Source of the DNA: Verrucomicrobiota bacterium
GTDB lineage: Bacteria > Verrucomicrobiota > Verrucomicrobiia > Limisphaerales > CANJXF01
DNA: 19,824 bases
Direction of reading: 5' to 3'
Assembly: GCA_038214755.1 (NCBI GenBank)
Contig: JBBQRQ010000094.1
Coordinates: forward strand, 1 to 19,824
Part shown: piece by piece, positions 1-7,973 of the stretch
How the letters are laid out: each line of letters opens with the position of its first letter
Position numbering within the stretch: position 1 is the first letter of the stretch
Made by a program: the position numbers and the translations under genes
The notes under the pieces: generated by a model
Seen by the model: only the letters and a program-made list of their open reading frames with translations
Told to the model about the DNA's origin: nothing
Databases searched by the model: none

Positions 1-918
1 TTGTTCAAATCCGATGTGGAAACGCGCGACCCGGCCCTGCTCGTGACTTGCAAAACCGAGGAAGAAATTTTCTCCACGCTGGACCTCGCGTTTGTTCCGC
101 CGGAATTGCGTGAGGATCAAGGCGAATTTGACGCAGCGGAAAAAAATAATTTGCCGCGCCTGCTCGAATGGACCGACTTGAAAGGCTCGTTGCACAATCA
201 TTCCAACTGGAGCGACGGCCGAAATTCTTTGGAAGAGATCGCGACGCATGTGCGGGAACTCGGCTGCGCGTATTGGGCGATCACCGACCATTCAAAATCT
301 TCCGTGCAGGCCAATGGTTTGTCACCCGAACGCGTGCGACAACAGCTTTTGGAAATCCGCGCCGTCAATCACAAGCTCGCGGATAAAGGCGAAGATTTTC
401 GTCTGCTCACCGGCTGCGAAGTGGATATTTTAAACGAAGGCAAATTGGATTTTGAAAATGATTTGCTCGCCGAACTCGACGTGGTGGTCGCGAGCATTCA
501 TCAAGGTTTTACCCAGAGCGAAGCGGAGACGACCAAACGTCTGATTCGCGCGGCGGAAAATCCGTTCGTTCACATCATGGGGCATTTGACCGGGCGACTT
601 TTGCTGGAGCGCGAACCTTACAAAGTCAATCAACACGCGGTCATCGATGCCTGCGCGGAAACCGGAACATGGATCGAACTCAACGCGTCACCCAATCGTT
701 TCGACATGGATTGGCGGCTCTGGCATTACGCGAAAAATAAAGGAGTGAAATGCGTGATCAATTGCGACGCGCATCGGTTCGCGCACGCGGGGTTTTTGCG
801 GCTGGGCGCTGGCATTGCGCGCAAAGGCTGGCTGACAAGGGAGGACGTAATGAACACATTGCCTTTGGAAAATTTAACAGACGCCTTGAAAAACATTCGA
901 GAGCGCAAGTCGGCGTGA
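1..918 (+). CDS. polX: DNA polymerase X family protein with C-terminal PHP domain (5'-truncated by window)
   Basis: End of PolX thumb region (EEEIFSTLDLAFVPPELRED) followed by PHP metal-ligand motifs GSLHNHSNWSDG, ITDHSKS, GCEVDIL, ASIHQ, MGHLTGRLL, IELNASPNRFD, NCDAH. Frame is open from position 1. Confidence 0.9.
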   Translation: MFKSDVETRDPALLVTCKTEEEIFSTLDLAFVPPELREDQGEFDAAEKNNLPRLLEWTDLKGSLHNHSNWSDGRNSLEEIATHVRELGCAYWAITDHSKSSVQANGLSPERVRQQLLEIRAVNHKLADKGEDFRLLTGCEVDILNEGKLDFENDLLAELDVVVASIHQGFTQSEAETTKRLIRAAENPFVHIMGHLTGRLLLEREPYKVNQHAVIDACAETGTWIELNASPNRFDMDWRLWHYAKNKGVKCVINCDAHRFAHAGFLRLGAGIARKGWLTREDVMNTLPLENLTDALKNIRERKSA

Positions 919-1007
919 ATTGGAAAACAAATCGTCGCGTCCGACTTTGTGAGTCGATTCCAGCATCACCAAGGAAAGCCTCTGCAAAAATCTCGCGTCT
1001 AAAAAAG

Positions 1008-1103
1008 AGCGGCAGAGGACCGCCGCACTCCCAGACGCTTCGCGCCTTCGGAAGCTTTCCTACTTCGCGCCAGCGTCTTGGACTGCGGCAGTCCTCTGCC
1101 GCT
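1008..1103. repeat. REP-like inverted doublet, family A (AGCGGCAGAGGAC-GCCGCACTCC-AGACGCT)
   Basis: 32-bp arms at 1008-1039 and 1072-1103 are near-perfect reverse complements. A second copy lies at 11302-11399 (29/32 identical in each arm). Confidence 0.9.
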
Positions 1104-1165
1104 TTTGAATCGACCAAACAATTTTCTACTGACGCAAAGTTTGCCCGGCCGGTATTCTCCCTTCG

Positions 1166-1732
1166 ATGACAACCGATGAGGCTTTGGAAATTTTTCGAGA
1201 CACCGGCGCTTTGCTGGAAGGCCATTTCGTTTTGCGCAGCGGTCTGCACAGCCGGCAATTTTTTCAGTGCGCGCTCGCGTTGCAACAAATGCCGGTCGTC
1301 GAAAAATTAGGAGCGGCATTGGCGGAAAAAGTCCGCTCGCTCGGCGCGACCACAATCATTTCTCCCGCGATGGGCGGACTGGTCATCGGACAGGAAGTCG
1401 CGCGGCAACTCGGCGCGCGATTTATTTTCGCGGAGAAGGAGGATGGCAAATTGGTTTTGCGGCGCGGCTTCAAAATTTCACGCGGAGAAAAAATTCTCAT
1501 CGTGGAAGATGTCGTGACCAAAGGCGGTCGCGTGCAGGAGACGTTGGAAATTGTGCGCGAAAACAGCGGAGTCCCTGTCGGCATTGCGATGATCGTGGAC
1601 CGTTCTGGCGGCTCCACAAATTTCGGCGCGCCGACCTTTAGTTTGATTTCGTTAAATGTGGAAACTTTTTCTCCAGACCAGTTGCCAAAAGATTTGGTCG
1701 CGATTCCGGCAACGAAACCGGGCAGCAAATGA
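1166..1732 (+). CDS. pyrE: Orotate phosphoribosyltransferase (short Thermus-type)
   Basis: GALLEGHFVLRSGLHS N-terminal motif, SPAMGG, LRRGF loop, PRPP-binding motif ILIVEDVVTKGG; 188 aa. Confidence 0.95.
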   Translation: MTTDEALEIFRDTGALLEGHFVLRSGLHSRQFFQCALALQQMPVVEKLGAALAEKVRSLGATTIISPAMGGLVIGQEVARQLGARFIFAEKEDGKLVLRRGFKISRGEKILIVEDVVTKGGRVQETLEIVRENSGVPVGIAMIVDRSGGSTNFGAPTFSLISLNVETFSPDQLPKDLVAIPATKPGSK

Positions 1733-1754
1733 GTTGTAGATATTCAGTGAAGAG

Positions 1755-1961
1755 AAACGCTCGCCCTCACCCTAACCCTCTCCCCGAGGAGAGGGAACCG
1801 TCATGGACATTTGTCGAAAATTCAGATGCGCGTTGTGCCATTTCCGCGTTCTGGTCACTTGCAAAAGAACGCGGATAATAACCGGCCGCACCAAATTACA
1901 AAAACGCGCCAACGATTCTCCCTCTCCTCGGAGGAGAGGGCCGGGGTGAGGTCGAGCGTTT
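1755..1961. repeat. Palindromic element of the CCCTCACCC..CCCTCTCC..GGAGAGGG family (inverted doublet with internal hairpin)
   Basis: Arms at about 1755-1797 and 1916-1961 are imperfect reverse complements, each with its own CCCTCTCC/GGAGAGGG hairpin. Internal 10-bp stem at 1843-1852/1866-1875. Confidence 0.85.
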
Positions 1962-2046
1962 ATTTTAAGCTAAATGATTTCGGAGAACCATCGTGCTTCC
2001 GAAGAAGCCGATTGAATTTTGAATTGCGCGAGGTCTAAATAGCCCG

Positions 2047-2871
2047 ATGAAAATTCCTCTGCCAAAAACGATTCTTAAAATCGTCGGCTGCTTTTCCATT
2101 ATGGCCACCACAACTTCATCCACTCTCGCCGTCGAAATTATCGCGCATCGCGGCGCTTCCTTTGACGCGCCGGAAAATTCCGTCACCTCCATGAAACTGG
2201 CGTGGAAGCAAAAAGCGGACGCCATTGAGACCGACATCCATCTTTCAAAGGATGGGAAGATTGTGATCCTGCACGATTTCGACACCAAACGCATCGGCGG
2301 CGTGGATAAAAAAATCGTCGATCAAACCTGGGATGAATTGCACAACATCGACATCGGAAAATGGAAGGGCGAATCGGTCGCCGGAGAAAAACTTCCGACG
2401 CTGGCACCGTTTCTGGAAACGATTCCGAACGGAAAACGGATTTTTATCGAGATCAAAGTGGGGACGGAAATTTTACCGGAGTTGGAAAGGACATTGAAAG
2501 AGTCCGGCAAAAAAACAAAACAGTTGGCGATCATCACTTTCAAATACGACGTGGCGACGGCGGCCAAAGAGCGCTTTCCAAAACATCAAGTCTATTGGCT
2601 GGCTGATTGGAAAAAGGACAAACAAACCGGGCAATTTCCTGACATCGATGAACTGATTCAAAAAGCAAAGGCGGCAAAACTGGACGGGCTGGATTTGAAT
2701 TTTCGTTTCCCCATCGACAAGACGTTCGTGAAAAAAGTGCATCGCGCCGGGCTGAAACTTTTCACCTGGACGGTGGACGACGCGGGCATCGCTCAACAAG
2801 AAGTGAAAGCAGGCGTCGATGGCATCACGACGAACCGCCCGGAATGGTTGCGCGCGGAATTGAAAAAATAA
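2047..2871 (+). CDS. Glycerophosphodiester phosphodiesterase (GDPD family), probably exported
   Basis: IIAHRGAS..APENS, IETDIHLSKDGKIVILHD, IEIK, WTVD, GVDGITTNRP motifs; signal-peptide-like N-terminus ending TLA-V. Confidence 0.93.
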   Translation: MKIPLPKTILKIVGCFSIMATTTSSTLAVEIIAHRGASFDAPENSVTSMKLAWKQKADAIETDIHLSKDGKIVILHDFDTKRIGGVDKKIVDQTWDELHNIDIGKWKGESVAGEKLPTLAPFLETIPNGKRIFIEIKVGTEILPELERTLKESGKKTKQLAIITFKYDVATAAKERFPKHQVYWLADWKKDKQTGQFPDIDELIQKAKAAKLDGLDLNFRFPIDKTFVKKVHRAGLKLFTWTVDDAGIAQQEVKAGVDGITTNRPEWLRAELKK

Positions 2872-2877
2872 TTGCGG

Positions 2878-2943
2878 GTAGCCGCCAACGTGAGGAGGCG
2901 GATTTATAGAAAAGTAAATCCGCCTCCTCACGTCGGCGGCTAC
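2878..2943. repeat. GTAG-type REP doublet (GTAGCCGCCRACGTGAGGAGGCGGATTTA)
   Basis: 29-bp arms at 2878-2906 and 2915-2943 with one mismatch and an 8-nt loop; GTAG/CTAC ends; starts a few nt after the GDPD stop. Confidence 0.9.
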
Positions 2944-2971
2944 GAGCACTCGTGGACGACAAATTTATTGA

Positions 2972-4468
2972 ATGAGCTTTCTCTCTTTCCGAAAAATCAC
3001 GAAACGTTTTCCCGGCGTGCTCGCGTTGGACGGCGTGAGTTTTGAAATCGAGCGCGGAAGTTGTCACGCGCTCATCGGCGAAAATGGCGCGGGCAAGAGC
3101 ACTTTGGGAAAAATTCTCGCCGGCATTTACACCGCCGATGCAGGCGAGATTTTGCTCGAAGGAAAAGAGATTCATCCAGCCACCCCACTCGCCGCTCGCC
3201 AACTTGGGATTGCGATGGTGCATCAGGAACTGGCGTTCTGTCCGAATCTTTCCGTCGCAGAAAATCTTTGCCTTGGCGATTTACCGCGCACGGCGGGTTG
3301 GGTCAATCGCAGCCGAATGCGCGAAGAAGCCCGGTCAATGCTCCGCGAAATTGGCGCGGAGATAAATGTCGATGAACCCATCTCTCGACTCTCCACCGGC
3401 CAGGAGCAGTTGGTGCAAATCGCCGCCGCCGTCGGAATCCAGGCGCACATTATCGTGATGGATGAGCCGACCAGTTCGTTGTCGGTGCGCGAGAGCGAAC
3501 ATCTTTTTGATCTGCTGAAAAAATTAAAGGAACGCGGCATCACCGTGATTTATGTCTCGCATCGCATGGAAGAAATTTTCCGATTGTGCGATTCGCTCAC
3601 CGTTTTGCGGGACGGGCGGCACGTCGCGACGGAGAAAATTTCCGAGACAAATCCCGATCGCGTTATCCATCAGATGGTGGGCCGCGAAGTTCTTTTTCAT
3701 CAACCAAAACATCTGGCGAACGAATTGGGCAAGGAACTTTTGCGCGTGGAAAATCTTACTTCGCCGGGGAAATTTTCTAACGTCAGTTTCACTCTGCGCG
3801 CGGGCGAAGTCCTTGGTTTCGCCGGGCTGATCGGAGCGGGACGCAGCGAAGTGGCTCAAGCCATTTTTGGATTAGACCGCGAGGCGACGGGAAAAATTTT
3901 CGTGAAAGGGAAAGCACTTTTGCCCGGCTCGGTGGACGACGCGCTGCGAGCGGGGATTGGTTTGCTGCCCGAAGATCGAAAACGCCTCGGTCTTGTTTTG
4001 ACGATGAATTGCCGGGAAAACACTTCTCTCTCTTCGCTCAAAAGGCTCAGTTATCTCGGATTGGTGAAACGCGGCAAAGAAAAGACTCTCGTGCAAAAAT
4101 ATGCGGACCGCCTGCGGGTCAAAGCGCCGTCCATCGAATCGCTGGTCGCAGGTTTGAGCGGCGGCAATCAACAAAAAATTGCGCTGGCTAAATGGCTGGC
4201 GCGCGAGTGCGAAATTTTAATTGTCGATGAGCCAACTCGCGGCGTGGATGTCGGCGCGAAAGCGGAGATTCATCAGTTGCTCGACGAACTGGCCTGTCAA
4301 GGTTTGGCCGTGCTGATCATTTCCTCCGAACTTCCCGAAGTGATGAACCTTTCGCGGCGAATTCTGGTGATGCGCAAAGGCGCGATGGCGGGCGAGCTTT
4401 CGCGGGAAGAATTTTCGCAACCGAATTTGATGCGGTTGATGGCGGGAGTTCAGCCCGCTTTCGGGTAA
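2972..4468 (+). CDS. Monosaccharide (CUT2) ABC transporter ATP-binding protein, RbsA/MglA-like
   Basis: Two fused ABC domains: Walker A GENGAGKST, VHQEL, MDEPTSSL, YVSHRMEE, LPEDRK, LSGGNQQK, VDEPTRGVDVGAK, ISSELPE. Confidence 0.95.
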   Translation: MSFLSFRKITKRFPGVLALDGVSFEIERGSCHALIGENGAGKSTLGKILAGIYTADAGEILLEGKEIHPATPLAARQLGIAMVHQELAFCPNLSVAENLCLGDLPRTAGWVNRSRMREEARSMLREIGAEINVDEPISRLSTGQEQLVQIAAAVGIQAHIIVMDEPTSSLSVRESEHLFDLLKKLKERGITVIYVSHRMEEIFRLCDSLTVLRDGRHVATEKISETNPDRVIHQMVGREVLFHQPKHLANELGKELLRVENLTSPGKFSNVSFTLRAGEVLGFAGLIGAGRSEVAQAIFGLDREATGKIFVKGKALLPGSVDDALRAGIGLLPEDRKRLGLVLTMNCRENTSLSSLKRLSYLGLVKRGKEKTLVQKYADRLRVKAPSIESLVAGLSGGNQQKIALAKWLARECEILIVDEPTRGVDVGAKAEIHQLLDELACQGLAVLIISSELPEVMNLSRRILVMRKGAMAGELSREEFSQPNLMRLMAGVQPAFG

Positions 4469-4594
4469 CATCTGCCTCCGGCGGGTGCGAAGAAACCAAT
4501 TCGTTATTCGATGTTTGAAAATTAACACCAACATCGAACAACCAACCTCGAAATAAGAAACGTTTTCGCACCTCGCCGGAGGCAGATGCTACCC
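4463..4594. repeat. GTAG-type REP doublet (GGTAGCATCTGCCTCCGGCGAGGTGCGAA) with internal hairpin
   Basis: Arms at 4463-4491 and 4565-4594 differ by one mismatch and one indel. Inner 9-bp stem TTCGATGTT (4507-4515)/AACATCGAA (4530-4538). Confidence 0.85.
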
Positions 4595-4670
4595 CGTCTC
4601 GAGGTAACACCATGAAATGAGTTGTTTATTTCCGTGTAACAATTCGATTGACCGTCACGTCTTTTAAGAA

Positions 4671-5975
4671 ATGTCATCGAAAACAAAATTTCTTTTGCTG
4701 ATTTCATTTTGCGTGAATGCCGTCCTTTTGGCCGGTTGGTTGGTCAGCCGATCCAATAGCCAGGCCATTATCAAGAACACAACGGAATCCAAAGCTACGA
4801 CCTTTGCGACGCCATCGAAAAATTCGCGCGCCAGCCGCAGTATCCAGACCGTCACGGTGGATCGCGAGAAACCGCTGGATTGGACCAGTCTGGAGTCGGA
4901 GGATTATCGTGAATACATCACGAGGTTGCGCGCCATCGGGTGCCCGGAGGAAACGGTGCGGGACATCATCATCTCGGACATCAACAAACTTTATGCCTCA
5001 AAAATTGCGGGGCTTTATCCCTCTCCGAAAGACCTCAAATTTTGGCGCGTGGAAGATCGCGTGGCGCGCAATGAAGAACGGGATCGGGACAAAAAGAGGC
5101 ACGAACTGGAGCAGGAAAAACGGGCGCTGATCAAAGAGTTGCTGGGCGTTGATTATGACGCGGAGTTGGCGCGTTTGTCCGGCCGGCCAAACGACGACGA
5201 CATGCGCTACGGATTTCTTTCGCCGGAAAAACAAGAACAGGCCAAAGCGCTGCGGGAAAAATATCGTGACATGGAGCAGTCGCTTTTCAACGACGGCGGG
5301 ATGACGCCGGAGAATCGCGCGAAGTTCATGGCGTTGCGCGCCGAACGGGAATCGGAAATGGCGAAGCTGCTGGGGCCCGAAGAATTTGAGCAATATCAAC
5401 TTCGCAGTTCGCGCACCGCCCGCTCCATGCGCGAAAATCTTTCTGGATTTCAACCAAGCGAAGAAGAGTTTCGGCAAATTTTTCAAGCGCGAAAGACCTT
5501 CGATGATCAGTATGCCTTCAGCCGCGATGGTGGCGATGAATCGGTGCGGGATGAACGAAAACTCGCTCAGCAAAAACTTGATGAGCAATTGAAATCGGTT
5601 TTGGGCGAAGAACGGTTTCGCGACTATCAAATGTCTCAGGATGATCGGTTCCGGGATAGTTTCGATTTTGCCCAAAAATATAATCTGCCGCGAGAAAAGG
5701 CGCAGACCATTTACGAAGTGCGGGTAGCCGTGGAGCAGGAACGGCAGCGAATCCAAAACGATGCCAACCTCTCGGCAGCAGCGCGCGCGGCCGCTTTGCA
5801 AGAAGTGTCGCAGTCCACTCAAACCGCACTCGGCCAGGCGCTGGGCAAGGAAGTTTTTGACAAATACTCGTCTCGCAACGGCGGCTGGATTACTCAGGAT
5901 CCTGCGAATGGAAATTCCAGCGGGCGCCGAAATCGCGACAGTCGCCGCGATCGGGGTCCGCGGAACGCGCCCTAA
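4671..5975 (+). CDS. Hypothetical protein with N-terminal membrane anchor and alpha-helical repeats
   Basis: 434-aa ORF; hydrophobic segment LLLISFCVNAVLLAGWLV; DW..LESEDY..YI..LRAIGCPEETVRDII motif, recalled from Verrucomicrobial hypothetical proteins (not checked); charged helical body. Confidence 0.85.
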   Translation: MSSKTKFLLLISFCVNAVLLAGWLVSRSNSQAIIKNTTESKATTFATPSKNSRASRSIQTVTVDREKPLDWTSLESEDYREYITRLRAIGCPEETVRDIIISDINKLYASKIAGLYPSPKDLKFWRVEDRVARNEERDRDKKRHELEQEKRALIKELLGVDYDAELARLSGRPNDDDMRYGFLSPEKQEQAKALREKYRDMEQSLFNDGGMTPENRAKFMALRAERESEMAKLLGPEEFEQYQLRSSRTARSMRENLSGFQPSEEEFRQIFQARKTFDDQYAFSRDGGDESVRDERKLAQQKLDEQLKSVLGEERFRDYQMSQDDRFRDSFDFAQKYNLPREKAQTIYEVRVAVEQERQRIQNDANLSAAARAAALQEVSQSTQTALGQALGKEVFDKYSSRNGGWITQDPANGNSSGRRNRDSRRDRGPRNAP

Positions 5976-6011
5976 CTTCTTCTCTCTGCAAAAATTCCGC
6001 GCGTTTTCTGG

Positions 6012-6077
6012 AGCGGCGCATCTGTGGCCGCCCCGGCCATCCGAGTTTAGAAATGCGGCGGTCACAGACGCGCCGCT
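6012..6077. repeat. REP-like doublet (AGCGGCGCGTCTGTGACCGCC), degenerate GTAG family
   Basis: 21-bp arms at 6012-6032 and 6057-6077 with 2 mismatches. Confidence 0.8.
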
Positions 6078-6166
6078 AGAATGTTGGTTGGTTTGAATTC
6101 AACCTTGTGCTTCAATTTCTCACGGGAAAATAATTTCGAATCATCAATTAAAAGTTCTCAATTCAA

Positions 6167-7066
6167 ATGCGAAAAATTAATTATGGCGGCTGGCCGAACT
6201 GCATCGAATTAAGCAACGGCCAAATAGACCTGGTCGCCACGACCGATGTCGGCCCGCGCATCATTCGTCTCGGTTTTGCCCATGGAAAAAATATTTTCAA
6301 AGAGTTTCCCGATCAAATTGGAAAAACCGGCGGCGACAAATGGACCAATTACGGCGGACACCGTTTTTGGCACGCGCCCGAGGTGATGCCGGACACCTAC
6401 GTGCCGGACAATTCTCCCATCGAACATAAATGGGACGGGCAGACCCTGCGGCTGATCCAACCAGTTGAAGCGAGCACGGGCTTGCAAAAAGAAATCGAGG
6501 TCACGCTCGATGCGAAAACAAATTCTGCGCGCCTGGTGCATCGGCTGACCAACCGGAATAAATTTTCCGTGGAAGCCGCGGCGTGGGCTTTGTCGGTGAT
6601 GCAGGGGCCGGGCCGCGCGATTTTTCCGCAAGAGCCGCCGGTGAATCAATTGCTCCCCGTGCGCTCACTCGCGCTCTGGGGTTACACGAACATGCGCGAC
6701 GAGCGTTGGCTTTGGGGAACAAAATATATTCAGGCCCGATGCGACCCCGGCGCAACGGCTTCCCAAAAAATCGGGATGATGAATAGACCGGGTTGGGCCG
6801 CCTATGTTCGCGGGGACGAACTTTTTCTGAAACGATTTGGGTTCGATGCAAAAGCGGTCTATCCCGATTTTGGCTGCAATAACGAATGCTACACCCGCGG
6901 CGATATGCTGGAAGTCGAAAGCCTGGGCCCATTGAGCAAGTTATCTTCGGGCGCAGCCGTCGAACATGTTGAACAATGGTTTTTATTCAACGCGAAAATC
7001 CCCGAAGACGAAAATGGAATCGATAAAGAATTGTTGCCGCTGCTGAAACAAACTGCTGGATTGTGA
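6167..7066 (+). CDS. Galactose mutarotase/aldose epimerase-like fold protein (DUF4380-like)
   Basis: LSNG..LV.TTDVGPRII N-terminus, YGGHRFWHAPE, YPDFGCNNECY, LEVESLGPL..L..G..VEHVEQW C-terminus typical of this beta-sandwich family. Confidence 0.75.
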   Translation: MRKINYGGWPNCIELSNGQIDLVATTDVGPRIIRLGFAHGKNIFKEFPDQIGKTGGDKWTNYGGHRFWHAPEVMPDTYVPDNSPIEHKWDGQTLRLIQPVEASTGLQKEIEVTLDAKTNSARLVHRLTNRNKFSVEAAAWALSVMQGPGRAIFPQEPPVNQLLPVRSLALWGYTNMRDERWLWGTKYIQARCDPGATASQKIGMMNRPGWAAYVRGDELFLKRFGFDAKAVYPDFGCNNECYTRGDMLEVESLGPLSKLSSGAAVEHVEQWFLFNAKIPEDENGIDKELLPLLKQTAGL

Positions 7067-7201
7067 TGGCTTCGTGCTTGAGATACGGCCATGATTGAAC
7101 GCTCCGCGGGTGCCGTAGTCAAACCTGCGCAAGAACAAAAATTTATGGCACACTTTTCAGAATTTTTTCGAGACAATCTGCGGAACAACTTTGCTCCGAC
7201 G

Positions 7202-7336
7202 ATGTTTCTGCTCGTAACGGGCGTTATTGCCGCATTGTTTATTGGCTATCTGCTGATCGATTTTGTGAAGACACGGATGTTGATTGCGCGCCGGAAAAAA
7301 GCGCTTCGCGGAGAGAGAAATGTTCGTCGGTCGTGA
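7202..7336 (+). CDS. Putative small single-pass membrane protein (44 aa; upstream in-frame ATGs at 7091 and 7145)
   Basis: MFLLVTGVIAALFIGYLLIDF hydrophobic helix followed by a basic tail (RRKKALR), consistent with the positive-inside rule. Start codon uncertain. Confidence 0.45.
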   Translation: MFLLVTGVIAALFIGYLLIDFVKTRMLIARRKKALRGERNVRRS

Positions 7337-7349
7337 TTGGTGCGAGGCG

Positions 7350-7780
7350 GAGGTTGGGTTGATGAGTGCCAGTTCTGCCGCCGTTCCCCCGGACCGATCT
7401 TTAGTTTGGGAGTTCGCATTATGCGCAATCAAGAGTGGAATAATATCCTTCGCCTCGGCCCAGTTTGGCCTCCCGAATCTGGGGCGTTAATATGAGCGCC
7501 CCTATCGAGAAGTGCTTCGACGATCTGTCGGTTCTTACCCAGGATTGCTGAATGCAACGGAAGCTTTGCATTTTTATTCGTGGGATTTATTTCCGCGCCT
7601 GCTTCTAAAAGCAGAGCAACCATTTTTTCATCGCCATGTTGCGCCGCGAGATCGAGGGCGCTGGAGCCATCGCTCGTTCGCAAATTCATCTGAGCATGGC
7701 GTTCAATCAACCGTTGCGCAAAAGCCATGTTCTTTTGCGCAACCGCGATGTGCAGAGGTGTTTCGCCCGTTTGGTTTTGC
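7350..7780 (-). pseudogene. Ankyrin-repeat gene remnant with frameshift near 7462
   Basis: Repeats GETPLHIAV, GSSALDLAAQHGDEKMVALLLEAGAEIN and KLPLHSAILGKNRQIVEALLDRGAHIN. After GQT the ankyrin pattern continues in another frame (WAEAKDIIPLLIAHNANSQTKDRSGGTAAELA). Boundaries approximate. Confidence 0.8.
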
Positions 7781-7973
7781 GTGAACGACGGCGAAGTGGA
7801 AAAATTGCCGGGTTTGAATTCATGTGATACCACGATGAAACACTTAGAAAATTTGTAACGAAAGTCGAAACATTCCACTCAATCGACCGGATTACTCACT
7901 CCACACGCCGCCTGCGATATTTAGTTTTCTTACGGCGTCAATTTTGGGAAGCTGTTTCAACTCAGTCATATTT

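Noticed and set aside
750..1355. ORFs crossing repeats (750-1169, 758-1288, 999-1355; likewise 1811-2038, 11165-11494, 12240-12503)
   Set aside because: Their translations derive from GC-rich palindromic repeats (e.g. ECGGPLPLF, GAGFQP) and are typical spurious calls.
4998..6065. 355-aa minus-strand ORF, and similar long antisense ORFs at 7962-8768, 10049-10642 and 15287-16000
   Set aside because: Antisense shadows of well-supported plus-strand genes, with no recognisable motifs.
7146..7160. Sigma-54-like TGGCAC motif
   Set aside because: Lacks the GC at -12 with correct spacing.
7944..7973. TTG start for the heme protein
   Set aside because: ATG at 7974 yields a canonical MKK-hydrophobic signal peptide, so it is preferred.
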